From positions 148,743-212,742 of the forward strand of contig CAWFDN010000004.1 of the NCBI GenBank assembly GCA_963814615.1: a DNA stretch of 64,000 nt, read 5' to 3'. Both the position numbers and the translations under genes were made by a program. The stretch's first letter is position 1, and every line of letters starts with the position of its first letter. Under the pieces are notes generated by a model. It saw only the letters and a list, made by a program, of their open reading frames with translations. It searched no databases and was not told the origin of the DNA. The DNA comes from an uncultured Alphaproteobacteria bacterium (GTDB lineage: Bacteria > Pseudomonadota > Alphaproteobacteria > Rhizobiales > Xanthobacteraceae). Shown one piece after another: positions 19,065-26,673 of the stretch.

Positions 19065-19829
19065 TCAGATCTCACCTACGAACGCCGCCAAATCGACCGT
19101 GTTTGACCCGATCCGGTCGGGCACCACGTCCAACTCCTCGATCGGAAGATTCAACCGATTGCACCAGAAGGTCGGATAGCCGAAGCGTTTGGCGCCGGCC
19201 GCATCCCAGCCGCCGAACGCGGCAAAAACGATTTCCTCGCGCTTGAGATTGAAGGAATCCGGCCCCATCCGATAGACACGCGGATCCGGCTTAAAGGCCC
19301 GCACGCGGTCGGTGCTCAAATGCTCCCCGAACAACCCCTCAAGACCGGCGCTTCGAATGTTGGCGTCGAGCATCGCGTTTGAAAGATCAGTCAGAAACGA
19401 CATCCGGACTCCCTTGTCCTTCAAGGCAGTCAGGGTCGGCCGGACATCCGGCCAAGCCTTCAATCGAAGAAACACCTCCATTAGACGATCGTGCTTCTCA
19501 GCTGTGAGATTGAGCCCGAGCAGCTTGGCGGTAAAGGTCAACGCCTCCCCCGTCACCTGCCAGAAGTCAGCGTAATTTCCGGTCAGGGTACGCAGCCAGG
19601 TATATTCGAACTGCCTGATACGCCAGACGTTGGTGACTTCGGTCCCCCGTCCGGGGAAGAGCTCCTCCGCCAAAGCCGCAATGGGCCGGGGATCGAAGAT
19701 AACAAACCCGTCGAACGCGATGGCCTTTATTCGAGGTTCAGCCTGAGCGATGACGCCGGTTGAACTAGCCAAACTCGTCGCCACACTCACTGCGGTGAGA
19801 TTGACAAAACGTCTCCGACTGATGTGCAT
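19065..19829 (-). CDS. haloacid dehalogenase type II-like HAD hydrolase with twin-arginine signal peptide
   Basis: MHISRRRFVNLTAVSVATSLASSTGVIAQA (Tat-like). Also IKAIAFDGFVIFD, WRIRQFEYTWLRTL and FKPDPRVY, followed by a GGWDAAGAKRFGYPTFWCNR block. Confidence 0.75.
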   Translation of the reverse strand: MHISRRRFVNLTAVSVATSLASSTGVIAQAEPRIKAIAFDGFVIFDPRPIAALAEELFPGRGTEVTNVWRIRQFEYTWLRTLTGNYADFWQVTGEALTFTAKLLGLNLTAEKHDRLMEVFLRLKAWPDVRPTLTALKDKGVRMSFLTDLSNAMLDANIRSAGLEGLFGEHLSTDRVRAFKPDPRVYRMGPDSFNLKREEIVFAAFGGWDAAGAKRFGYPTFWCNRLNLPIEELDVVPDRIGSNTVDLAAFVGEI

Positions 19830-19910
19830 CGACTTCTGCTCCGCGGCATCTGCGTTGTTCTTTCATCCATCCATCTTACGCAGATCATCCATCGACGAGA
19901 TAGTGTGATC

Positions 19911-19951
19911 AAAAAAAAGCGTCCCAGCCGGGGGCGATGGCTGGGACGCTT
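19911..19951 (-). terminator. strong rho-independent terminator on the minus strand
   Basis: 13-bp perfect stem AAGCGTCCCAGCC/GGCTGGGACGCTT with a 9-nt loop, followed on the minus strand by a run of 8 T. No annotated minus-strand gene lies immediately upstream. Confidence 0.6.
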
Positions 19952-20050
19952 AGAGCATGATCCGGAAAAGTGGGAATCGGTTTTCCGAAAGGGCTCATGC
20001 TCGAAGGGATAAGATCATGATTGGGTTCAACCTGACCGGATCATGATCCA
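19952..20050 (+). repeat. short dispersed intergenic repeat, copy B (core AGCATGATCCGGAAAAGTGGGAA)
   Basis: The 23-nt core at 19954-19976 is identical to the reverse complement of 20908-20930. Spurious pseudo-ORFs such as LEHDPEKWESVFRK arise from it. Confidence 0.6.
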
Positions 20051-20278
20051 GAAGGTTTACGCTGGCTGCTTTGCAGATTTTCACCAGCTTCAAGAGCGCT
20101 GGCGGTCCGATTTCTTGAGCGCGGCCACGCTCCCTCCGACAACAAGACCACCATTAAGGTATCGATATTCCCGAACCGGGTGCTTCGAATTCTCACGATA
20201 TCGCGACCGGCCTTCGCAGTTGCGATAGCGCGCAATACTTCGCAACACTTGGGGTACCAACTTGGAGAATACCAACAT

Positions 20279-20300
20279 TGTGATGTTCGGGAATATCACA
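20279..20300. promoter_or_regulatory. inverted repeat TGTGAT-N10-ATCACA upstream of the small secreted-protein gene
   Basis: Perfect 6-bp arms, 64-85 nt upstream of the ATG at 20364. Confidence 0.25.
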
Positions 20301-20363
20301 ACCCCGGCGAGGGTCTCCTTACCAGAAGCGCTTACGCGCCGCAGAACGAAAGGGAGAAACCTG

Positions 20364-20756
20364 ATGATCAGATTTGGACTTCTGGGTATGGCCGCCATTG
20401 TGTCGACGGCGGTCGCAACTCCGGTACTCGCACAAACAGTCATTCAAGCTGGCAACCAAGAACCCGGCACATACGCCCTTTACGATTCCAACGGAGACCT
20501 GGAAATTGAATTTGCGCCGTCTCAGCGACGCGAAGGCGGTGTTGGTCGCGGGACAGAGGCGATGGCATCGACCTCATCCCTCCCGTCATCGAAGAGAGGC
20601 GCCGAAACGACAACCAGACCCTGGGCAGCCCCCGTCGGTCATCGCCAGCCGAGCGCGGCCGATGTTCCGGCATCGCCGCCTCTCGTTCGAGAGAGCCTCG
20701 ATCAAGAAGATGCAAACGTTGACCGCATGATCAGAAACATTTGCCGGGGCTGCTGA
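20364..20756 (+). CDS. small secreted hypothetical protein ending in a CxxC motif (...MIRNICRGC)
   Basis: AGGGAGA RBS before the ATG at 20364. Signal peptide MIRFGLLGMAAIVSTAVATPVLAQ. The C-terminal ICRGC tail recalls a small-protein family I remember from Bradyrhizobiaceae (unverified). Confidence 0.5.
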   Translation: MIRFGLLGMAAIVSTAVATPVLAQTVIQAGNQEPGTYALYDSNGDLEIEFAPSQRREGGVGRGTEAMASTSSLPSSKRGAETTTRPWAAPVGHRQPSAADVPASPPLVRESLDQEDANVDRMIRNICRGC

Positions 20757-20807
20757 ACGCAAACAATCGCAACCGCATACGCCAAACAATTCCAGCGCGA
20801 CTTGAGA

Positions 20808-20932
20808 TCATGATGCGATTAGGCTGAAGCGCATCATGGTCTCGGCCTCTTATTGGCGCATGATCTCCCGAGCAAACGCTTCGCGTTTGTCCTGGACGAA
20901 AAATCGGTTCCCACTTTTCCGGATCATGCTTG
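20808..20932 (-). repeat. short dispersed intergenic repeat, copy C (inverted relative to copy B)
   Basis: Core TTCCCACTTTTCCGGATCATGCT at 20908-20930. Internal hairpin CAAACGC-TTC-GCGTTTG at 20873-20889. Confidence 0.6.
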
Positions 20933-21105
20933 AGGTCTTGGATCCATCTCGGCTTCCCGACGCGAAATCAAAGCGCTGGGTTGAGAACCTGCAAGATCGA
21001 TTGAGACGCTTCCATCGCTAGCAGCTGACACGCCTTCGTCAGGCTTTGCGCGGTTCGCAAACGAAAGACGCAAGAAGGACGAAAGAAAAACAGCTCCCGC
21101 AGGGG

Positions 21106-21297
21106 CTACTTTCGCGGCCTGCCCCGCTTTGCAAAGATCAATCCTCGGGCATCGGCCGAACACCGAAGTTGGCTTGCCAATTTGAGAGCCTCGTTGCGTT
21201 CCGGTCCTGGAGCCATCATGCGCGCAAGCTCCAACGCGTCCGCCGCGGCGATATCCCAATCAACCCTGTCAGGTGAGCCTTGTATTTCTTTGCTCAT
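21106..21297 (-). CDS. small hypothetical protein (63 aa)
   Basis: MSKEIQGSPDRVDWDIAAADALELARMMAPGPERNEALKLASQLRCSADARGLIFAKRGRPRK. It resembles small conserved hypotheticals of this lineage (from memory). The longer TTG-initiated version (to 21426) is less likely. Confidence 0.4.
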   Translation of the reverse strand: MSKEIQGSPDRVDWDIAAADALELARMMAPGPERNEALKLASQLRCSADARGLIFAKRGRPRK

Positions 21298-21448
21298 CGC
21301 TTGATCCAACTTCGTGCGGCTGCTTAAGCCCGTTGGAAAGTCGGCCAAACCTGACCTCGCCCCCAGGGAACTGAAGCGTCCCGAGGCGATCGCCTTGAGC
21401 ATCGGCCGTTTCGGCTCCATGGGCAAGTCCTCGGATGGTAAAACTCGG

Positions 21449-21477
21449 CTATAAGCGGGGTTATTCCCCGCTTATAG
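21449..21477. other. perfect 12-bp stem hairpin (CTATAAGCGGGG-TTATT-CCCCGCTTATAG)
   Basis: Seen directly. On the minus strand a TTTT follows after 6 nt. It may be a terminator for the sigma/anti-sigma operon, or a protein-binding site. Confidence 0.3.
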
Positions 21478-21597
21478 GCCGGCGAGAAACCGCCCTGCCA
21501 TCGCCGACCTTGGAATTTTCCATGGGCGCGGGGTAATATGACGCGCTATTGCGTCGTTGGTGTTAAGGGCGGCACAGGTCTTTGGGATTTTGACCAA

Positions 21598-21617
21598 GCG
21601 TTGCCAATTGGCAACGC
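21598..21617. promoter_or_regulatory. perfect 20-bp palindrome GCGTTGCCAATTGGCAACGC
   Basis: Seen directly, in the ORF-free stretch downstream of the anti-sigma gene. Confidence 0.3.
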
Positions 21618-21721
21618 GCGGGGCCAGGTTCTTGATGAGCATCAGCGATCCGCCTGTCAGACAACCCAAGTGGGCTTACTGACCAGAACGTCCCCGCCGA
21701 ATACCAGACGATCTCACTCGT

Positions 21722-22531
21722 CTATTTGACTTCCGGCGGCTGCGATCCTGCAGCAAATGCGCGCTCGAATGTCGCGAGATCCGAGCTCGCCAAGTCCGAA
21801 ACTGCAACATATGTGAACTTCGCATCGCTCCAGCTTCTGACGTTGTATCCTGCAATCGTCTGATCAGGGACCGATTGACCGGGTTGCAGGGTCGTCAGGC
21901 TGACTGTATGCGCGGCATGCTTGTAGACGATCGTTGCGACCGGAACCTGGCCAACGACATCCACCCGGCCACCCAGGAGCATGAAGCCTTGTGGCGCGAG
22001 GTCAACCACCTGAGGGGATTCCGGCAGGCGCGATGTAAACCACGGCTTGACCGTATGGCGATCGGAAGACGCAACATCAAAAGGCTAAGTCGCCAATAAA
22101 CTCCGGATGTGGCCCGCAACGACCTGGCTGGCAACATCTTCACGCTGATTGTAGCCGTCCATCGTCAGCAAGACCGAACTTGAGATCACCGCGCCAAATA
22201 CGGCGGCCGCGGCCAACGCCTGAAACGACCAGCTTCGTTGACGCAGACGGCCCGTCTGAAGCGGAGGATTCGCCTGGCCAGGAAGGTCCGCTTGGCTCTG
22301 GCGATCCGCGTCCACTGCCGATTCAATGCGGCCTCTCAGACCGAGAGGAATGTCCTGTTGCGGCAGCGAACGAACAGCGCTGCGCAACGACAGCAACCGG
22401 GTATATTGGGCCTTTAAAATTTCATCGTCAGCCAACCGCCGCTCGAACTCGATCGCGGAAGCCAGATCGAGTTCGCCGTCGTAATAGGCGTTCATCTGTA
22501 ATGCGCCGTTGTCTTTTACCGATACAATCAT
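21722..22531 (-). pseudogene. anti-sigma factor gene interrupted by an in-frame TAG (22085-22087)
   Basis: ORFs 22085..22531 and 21722..22009 share one frame. The readthrough sequence ...[43 protein letters not shown]... is continuous and family-like. It sits 4 nt downstream of the ECF sigma gene. Confidence 0.75.
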
Positions 22532-22534
22532 AAT

Positions 22535-23203
22535 TTACCTTCGATCTCCCAGGAGAGCGATCAGAAGCTGCCTACCCCGGGACAGACGCGACATCACCGT
22601 GCCGATCGGAACGTTGGTGATCTCCGCGATATCGCGATAGTTCAATTGGTTGATTTCCCGCAAAACAATCACTTCACGGAAGTGCGCCGGCAGCTGGGCC
22701 AAGGCGCTCTGAACCTCATCGGCATCCGCCTTGAAAAGCGCGATCTCCTCGGGAGTCTCTACCCGCGCTCCGTGCAGGCCTTCATGCTCAAGTTCCTGTT
22801 GCTGCGTGACACTTAGATCGTCGGTGAAAACGACGGCCTTTGGCCGGTTCTTCATCAACCAGCTGTAAGCGGTGTTACGGACAATTGTCAGGGACCATGC
22901 ACGGGCATTGACCGCGCCGAAGGTCTTGATGCCGCGAAACGCACGTATTGCCGCGTCCTGCACAACGTCTTCGGCATCACTGGCGTTCCCGGTGAGCCAT
23001 TGCGCAAGACGATAGGCTTCAGCCATATGCGGCAGAAAGACTTCATCGAACACAGCGCGATCATCCTTGTTCTGCACGATCGAGCCCGACGCCTGCTGTT
23101 GGCCAGACAGACAGTCTGGGCCTTCCAACGGCCTATTTAACACGTCTTCGTTAGGCTCGGTACGCCGGATGTTCACCCGGCGTACCGATGAGAGTGTGGT
23201 CAT
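22535..23203 (-). CDS. ECF (extracytoplasmic function) RNA polymerase sigma-70 family factor
   Basis: Region 2 DAEDVVQDAAIRAF...RAWSLTIVRN. Region 4 LNYRDIAEITNVPIGTVMSRLSRGRQLL. The N-terminal extension means the start is uncertain. Confidence 0.9.
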   Translation of the reverse strand: MTTLSSVRRVNIRRTEPNEDVLNRPLEGPDCLSGQQQASGSIVQNKDDRAVFDEVFLPHMAEAYRLAQWLTGNASDAEDVVQDAAIRAFRGIKTFGAVNARAWSLTIVRNTAYSWLMKNRPKAVVFTDDLSVTQQQELEHEGLHGARVETPEEIALFKADADEVQSALAQLPAHFREVIVLREINQLNYRDIAEITNVPIGTVMSRLSRGRQLLIALLGDRR

Positions 23204-23250
23204 GTTGAAACCCTAATTCTTTCAGGGCCTTGCGATCACTTTAGGATCGA

Positions 23251-23643
23251 TCACTTTACGATGACTTTTCCGACCATATGCGGGTGCAGACCGCAGAAAT
23301 AATCGAAAGTTCCGGCACTGGCGAACGTATAAGTATACGAGTTATCAGTATCGAGCGCCTTCGATCGGAAGGTCTTGTTCTTCTCGACAATGTTGTGCGG
23401 AATATCGTCGTGATTGACCCACTTGACAGTGGTTCCCACGGCAACCGTCAATTCCGGCGGCGCGAACGTGAAGTTGTCGATCGTAACTTCGTTGGCATCC
23501 TTCTTCGTGGCTTCTTCCGCTGAAACGGTAGCGAAAGCGACCATCGCTCCAATGATTGGACCCAAGAGCATTGCAGCGACCAGGGCCCGGCTTATAGCAA
23601 ACCGGGCCGCAGCGAGGCGAAGATAGCTAATCAGAACTTGCAT
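23251..23643 (-). CDS. cupredoxin (plastocyanin/amicyanin-like type-1 copper protein), membrane-anchored or secreted
   Basis: Copper ligand contexts DDIPHNIV and YFCGLHPHM. Hydrophobic N-terminus. Confidence 0.8.
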   Translation of the reverse strand: MQVLISYLRLAAARFAISRALVAAMLLGPIIGAMVAFATVSAEEATKKDANEVTIDNFTFAPPELTVAVGTTVKWVNHDDIPHNIVEKNKTFRSKALDTDNSYTYTFASAGTFDYFCGLHPHMVGKVIVK

Positions 23644-23660
23644 GTAGAAATAATCCTCTA

Positions 23661-24608
23661 TTAGCCGGCCAACGTCTTGTCGACGATCGCGAGCTGCTTG
23701 TTACCCTGCATCACAGTGACGGTGGACAATCCGAGCACGGAACGAAGTTTGTCAGCGGGGACAAGCATCGGACCGGGCGACGGTGCGCTGCCGGGAGCCG
23801 GCTGCGGGAACGCCGTCGACATCGCGGTGTGGAAGGTCATGTTGCCTTCGACCTTCTGAACCAACTGGTGAATGTGTCCGTTCAGAACGGTCACGGAACC
23901 AAAGCGCTTGAGCAGAGTGAGCGCCTGCGTGCCGTCTTCGGTACCCCAGCCCCAATCCTTGTAGATCACCTGCAGCGGGATGTGAGCAAACACGACGATC
24001 GGCGTGCTGTCCGACTTGCCCTTCAGGTCGGCTTCGAGCCATGCGAGCTGCTCGGCGCCGAGGTTACCCAGTCCGCCGCCCTTCAGATCGACGACGTTCA
24101 CGAGGCCGATGAAGTGGATGCCGTGATCATCGTAGCTATACCAGCCAGCGCCCTTCGAACCCTTGCCGTAGCGTTCCAGGTAGGCCTTGCCGCGCTCTTC
24201 GTCGATGATGTCGTGCTCGCCGGGCACATAATGAACCTGAACGCCGGTCTCGCCGAAAACCTTGTCGGCATTGTCGAACTCAGCCGGCTTGGAAAGATGC
24301 GTGATGTCGCCGGTGTGAATGATGAAAGCCGGCTTGACCGGCATCGCCTTCACCTTGGCAACGGCTTCGCGCAACGTGCCCAGCGCATCCGGGTTCGCCG
24401 CCTTGTCAAAGCCGATATGGCTGTCGCTCATTTGCAGGAAGGTGAAGCCCGTGGGTTCGGCAGCCATCGCTTCGCCGATCAAACCTACGGAGTGGGGCAC
24501 GCCGCCGCTCACACCCCAAAGCACGCCCGTACCTGCCCAAACCATGCATTCGAGCACCTCGCGGCGGCCCAATCCCTGTCCCTGATCGTCCGAGCCCTTT
24601 TTGGCCAT
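23661..24608 (-). CDS. Tat-exported metallophosphoesterase (calcineurin-like)
   Basis: GGGAGAG RBS before the ATG at 24608. Twin-arginine GLGRREVL. Motifs MSDSHIG, HTGDITH, VPGEHD, FAHIP, LNGHIH. Confidence 0.85.
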   Translation of the reverse strand: MAKKGSDDQGQGLGRREVLECMVWAGTGVLWGVSGGVPHSVGLIGEAMAAEPTGFTFLQMSDSHIGFDKAANPDALGTLREAVAKVKAMPVKPAFIIHTGDITHLSKPAEFDNADKVFGETGVQVHYVPGEHDIIDEERGKAYLERYGKGSKGAGWYSYDDHGIHFIGLVNVVDLKGGGLGNLGAEQLAWLEADLKGKSDSTPIVVFAHIPLQVIYKDWGWGTEDGTQALTLLKRFGSVTVLNGHIHQLVQKVEGNMTFHTAMSTAFPQPAPGSAPSPGPMLVPADKLRSVLGLSTVTVMQGNKQLAIVDKTLAG

Positions 24609-24837
24609 GTCACATCTCTCCCGGTGGAGCCAAAAAAAATTGGCTCGTAATGACGCCGAACTGCGCCGATGAACAAAAAACTCCGGCGCCCCGGACTTTA
24701 TTCCCGAGGGGATGCAATTTCTCCGTGAATTTACGGCCAAGCCGTCCATTGGAGACACTCGGCCAATGGCCCAGTCTTCCTTTTCTGGAGGATCACGCTC
24801 TGTCTTTAGAGGATCATGGCAGATTCGCTGAGGCGGG

Positions 24838-25122
24838 TTACAGCGCCGACCCGCACCGCGACGGGGCAGGAACAGGCCAGCGTAAGCGAGCCCGTTTGAT
24901 CTTCCGTCTCATGGATTTCAAACTTTCCACCTCCGCGGAGCAAGCCTGGCATTGCGCAAGGTGCTGTTCGCACGTCGACGTATCGACCGCGTTCAATTCC
25001 CCGTCGAAAAAAGCATGGAGAACGAACTCCCATTCCGCACAGGGACCGGCCACAGGCCTGCTGCGCTCGGGCGTAACCGGCCGGATCATGGCCAGGCGCA
25101 TCAGATTGGCGAGCGAGAACAT
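24838..25122 (-). pseudogene. zf-HC2-type anti-sigma factor N-terminal fragment (remnant)
   Basis: CAEWEFVLHAFFDGELNAVDTSTCEQHLAQCQACSAEVESL matches the H-x3-C-x2-C anti-sigma zinc-finger pattern. Only 94 aa are present. Its ATG overlaps (TGATG, 25120-25124) the stop of an upstream 73-codon open frame that has no ATG start. Confidence 0.45.
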
Positions 25123-26279
25123 CAGTCGGCCCCTTTAACGGCAGTGATTTCGCTGGGCGCGCGAATGGAATGACCGATACCCATGGATGCCGCCAAGCCT
25201 TCGAGGACAGCAGGGATTTTTCCACGCAGCCGCCCGTCGAATCCGGCCCGCGCGCCCTCCGTCACAGAAGACTCACGCTCTTGTGATAAAATTCCCAAAC
25301 ACGTGAATATTTTTGGCCGTTGAGAACCGCTCGGGCGAACGGCTCAGTTGAGAACACTTTCCACCCCCCGCCCAAAGTGCCAACAGGCTGGTGAATGTGC
25401 TGAGGGGCGCGCTGCGGGGGCATCCGCAGCCCGACAAGCAAAAAAACGCCTTTGAGCGGTAAGCGTTGAGATATCAGCCTGGGGCGAAAAGCCGGGGCGA
25501 AGGCCAAACACATCCAGCCAAGCTCAGCCCGCCAAACTCAACCTGCCAAACAGCCTGCATTGGCTCCGGCAAGAGCTACCTGGGCCAGGGCTAGTGCCCT
25601 CCAGAGGTCTGGATTTTCTAAGCCGCAGAGGCTTTGTAGGCGAGCGAGCTACCGGACACCAGAGGACGATCCAACCTCACCAAGGGCGGTTGCTCTCTCA
25701 CCTGGCCCCCTGCTCGGTCACCCCAAGGCGTTGCATCGACGAGATCGCCGCCTTCGCGAGACTGCACTCAGATATCGTACCGATATCGCACTTATCGTTC
25801 AGAATAACGGGCCTCGGAGCGAAGCCCGACGCTTCTCTCCCCACCGTGCTTTTCGTGCCATTTCGGGCCTGGACCGCGCATATAATGGGCTTCGGGTCGG
25901 TATTGCCTGACCGATCCTCCCCAGAAGGCGGTCAAAAGATTGACACCGACCGAGCGGAATCTCGCGCTCATCGCGTTAAGGGAGAGATCGCCAAAAGAAT
26001 GCACACTCATGAGAGTCTCCTGTCTCTTGAGCCGGGTTTATTGACAAGACGGTTTTCGTTTCCGATGGGAACTTGCCAGATCCGCCGGGGGCCGCGACGC
26101 CGTTCCGCATCCATGGGGGTGACCGTCCCAATGAGCGATTTATTCCCTCTAACACCCGACTGCTTTTTCGTAGCGCTCCCGCCGGGGCGCGGTGTGGCAG
26201 CGCCGCAGGGTTGATCATTTTCCTGTCGCACGCGACGATTGAGATCGCGCTAGAGCATTTCTAGTTCCGTGGTTCATCC

Positions 26280-26360
26280 TTCGAGACGGCGCTTCACGCC
26301 TCCTCAGGACGGGGCGGAGACCCTCATGGTGAGGAGCACGGCAACGCCGTGCGTCTCGAA
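26280..26360. repeat. REP-like nested palindromic element
   Basis: Outer arms TTCGAGACG/CGTCTCGAA (26280-26288 / 26352-26360). Inner arms CTCCTCA/TGAGGAG (26300-26306 / 26330-26336). A further hairpin CACGGC-AAC-GCCGTG is also present. It resembles the abundant palindromic intergenic element of Bradyrhizobiaceae (from memory). Confidence 0.6.
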
Positions 26361-26380
26361 CCATGCGGCCATCGATAGGT

Positions 26381-26415
26381 GCTCATGATTCGACCCAAGT
26401 GGAATACGCGCTAAC
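26381..26415 (+). repeat. degenerate copy of the short dispersed repeat (GCTCATGATTCGACCCAAGTGGAATACGCGCTAAC)
   Basis: It shares the CATGAT..AAGTGG.AAT pattern with copies B and C. Confidence 0.35.
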
Positions 26416-26489
26416 GTAGCTTACGCGCATTACGGTTGAGCCAGACAAACGCAAAACGTCTGCCCCCGAAATACCACGCTCCAGCGCGC

Positions 26490-26515
26490 CAGAGTCTGAT
26501 TTAACTCAGACTCTG
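26490..26515. other. perfect 10-bp stem hairpin CAGAGTCTGA-TTTAAC-TCAGACTCTG
   Basis: Seen directly, about 160 nt upstream of higB at the edge of the lower-GC islet. Confidence 0.3.
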
Positions 26516-26604
26516 CTAGTTGTCGGGACGAAGGGCGTCCCTAAGAAATACAACACGCCTGCGGCGCGTCGAACAAAGGGCTTGGCAACGAAGAAAACTG
26601 GCCA

Positions 26605-26646
26605 TGTGTAAGATAATATTTTACACATGTAAAATATCGCTTTACA
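26605..26646. promoter_or_regulatory. two adjacent inverted repeats in the higBA promoter (candidate HigA operators)
   Basis: TGTGTAA-N9-TTACACA (26605-26627) is immediately followed by TGTAAA-N7-TTTACA (26628-26646). They lie 28-69 nt upstream of the higB ATG, in an AT-rich context with -10-like GATAAT. Confidence 0.45.
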
Positions 26647-26673
26647 CTGGTAAGTGTCAACGATCGGGCAACA

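Noticed and set aside
22085-22087. TAG as a recoded codon (pyrrolysine or programmed readthrough)
   Set aside because: No pyl genes and no recoding signal that I can recognise. A nonsense mutation or sequencing error is the simpler explanation.
24609-24837. ECF-type promoter (GGAAT-N18-GTT) and direct TGATCCTC repeats upstream of the phosphoesterase gene
   Set aside because: Spacing and sequence deviate from the GGAAC-N16/17-CGTT type consensus. Mentioned only as a weak candidate inside a finding, not as a feature.
25594-26214. 206-aa plus-strand ORF, and the 72-aa minus ORF at 25792..26010 with an AGGAGA RBS
   Set aside because: No recognisable domain. Third-position GC is far below that of neighbouring genes (about 60% by hand count for the 72-aa ORF). 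The region looks degenerate. It is kept only as part of the finding on the ORF-poor stretch.
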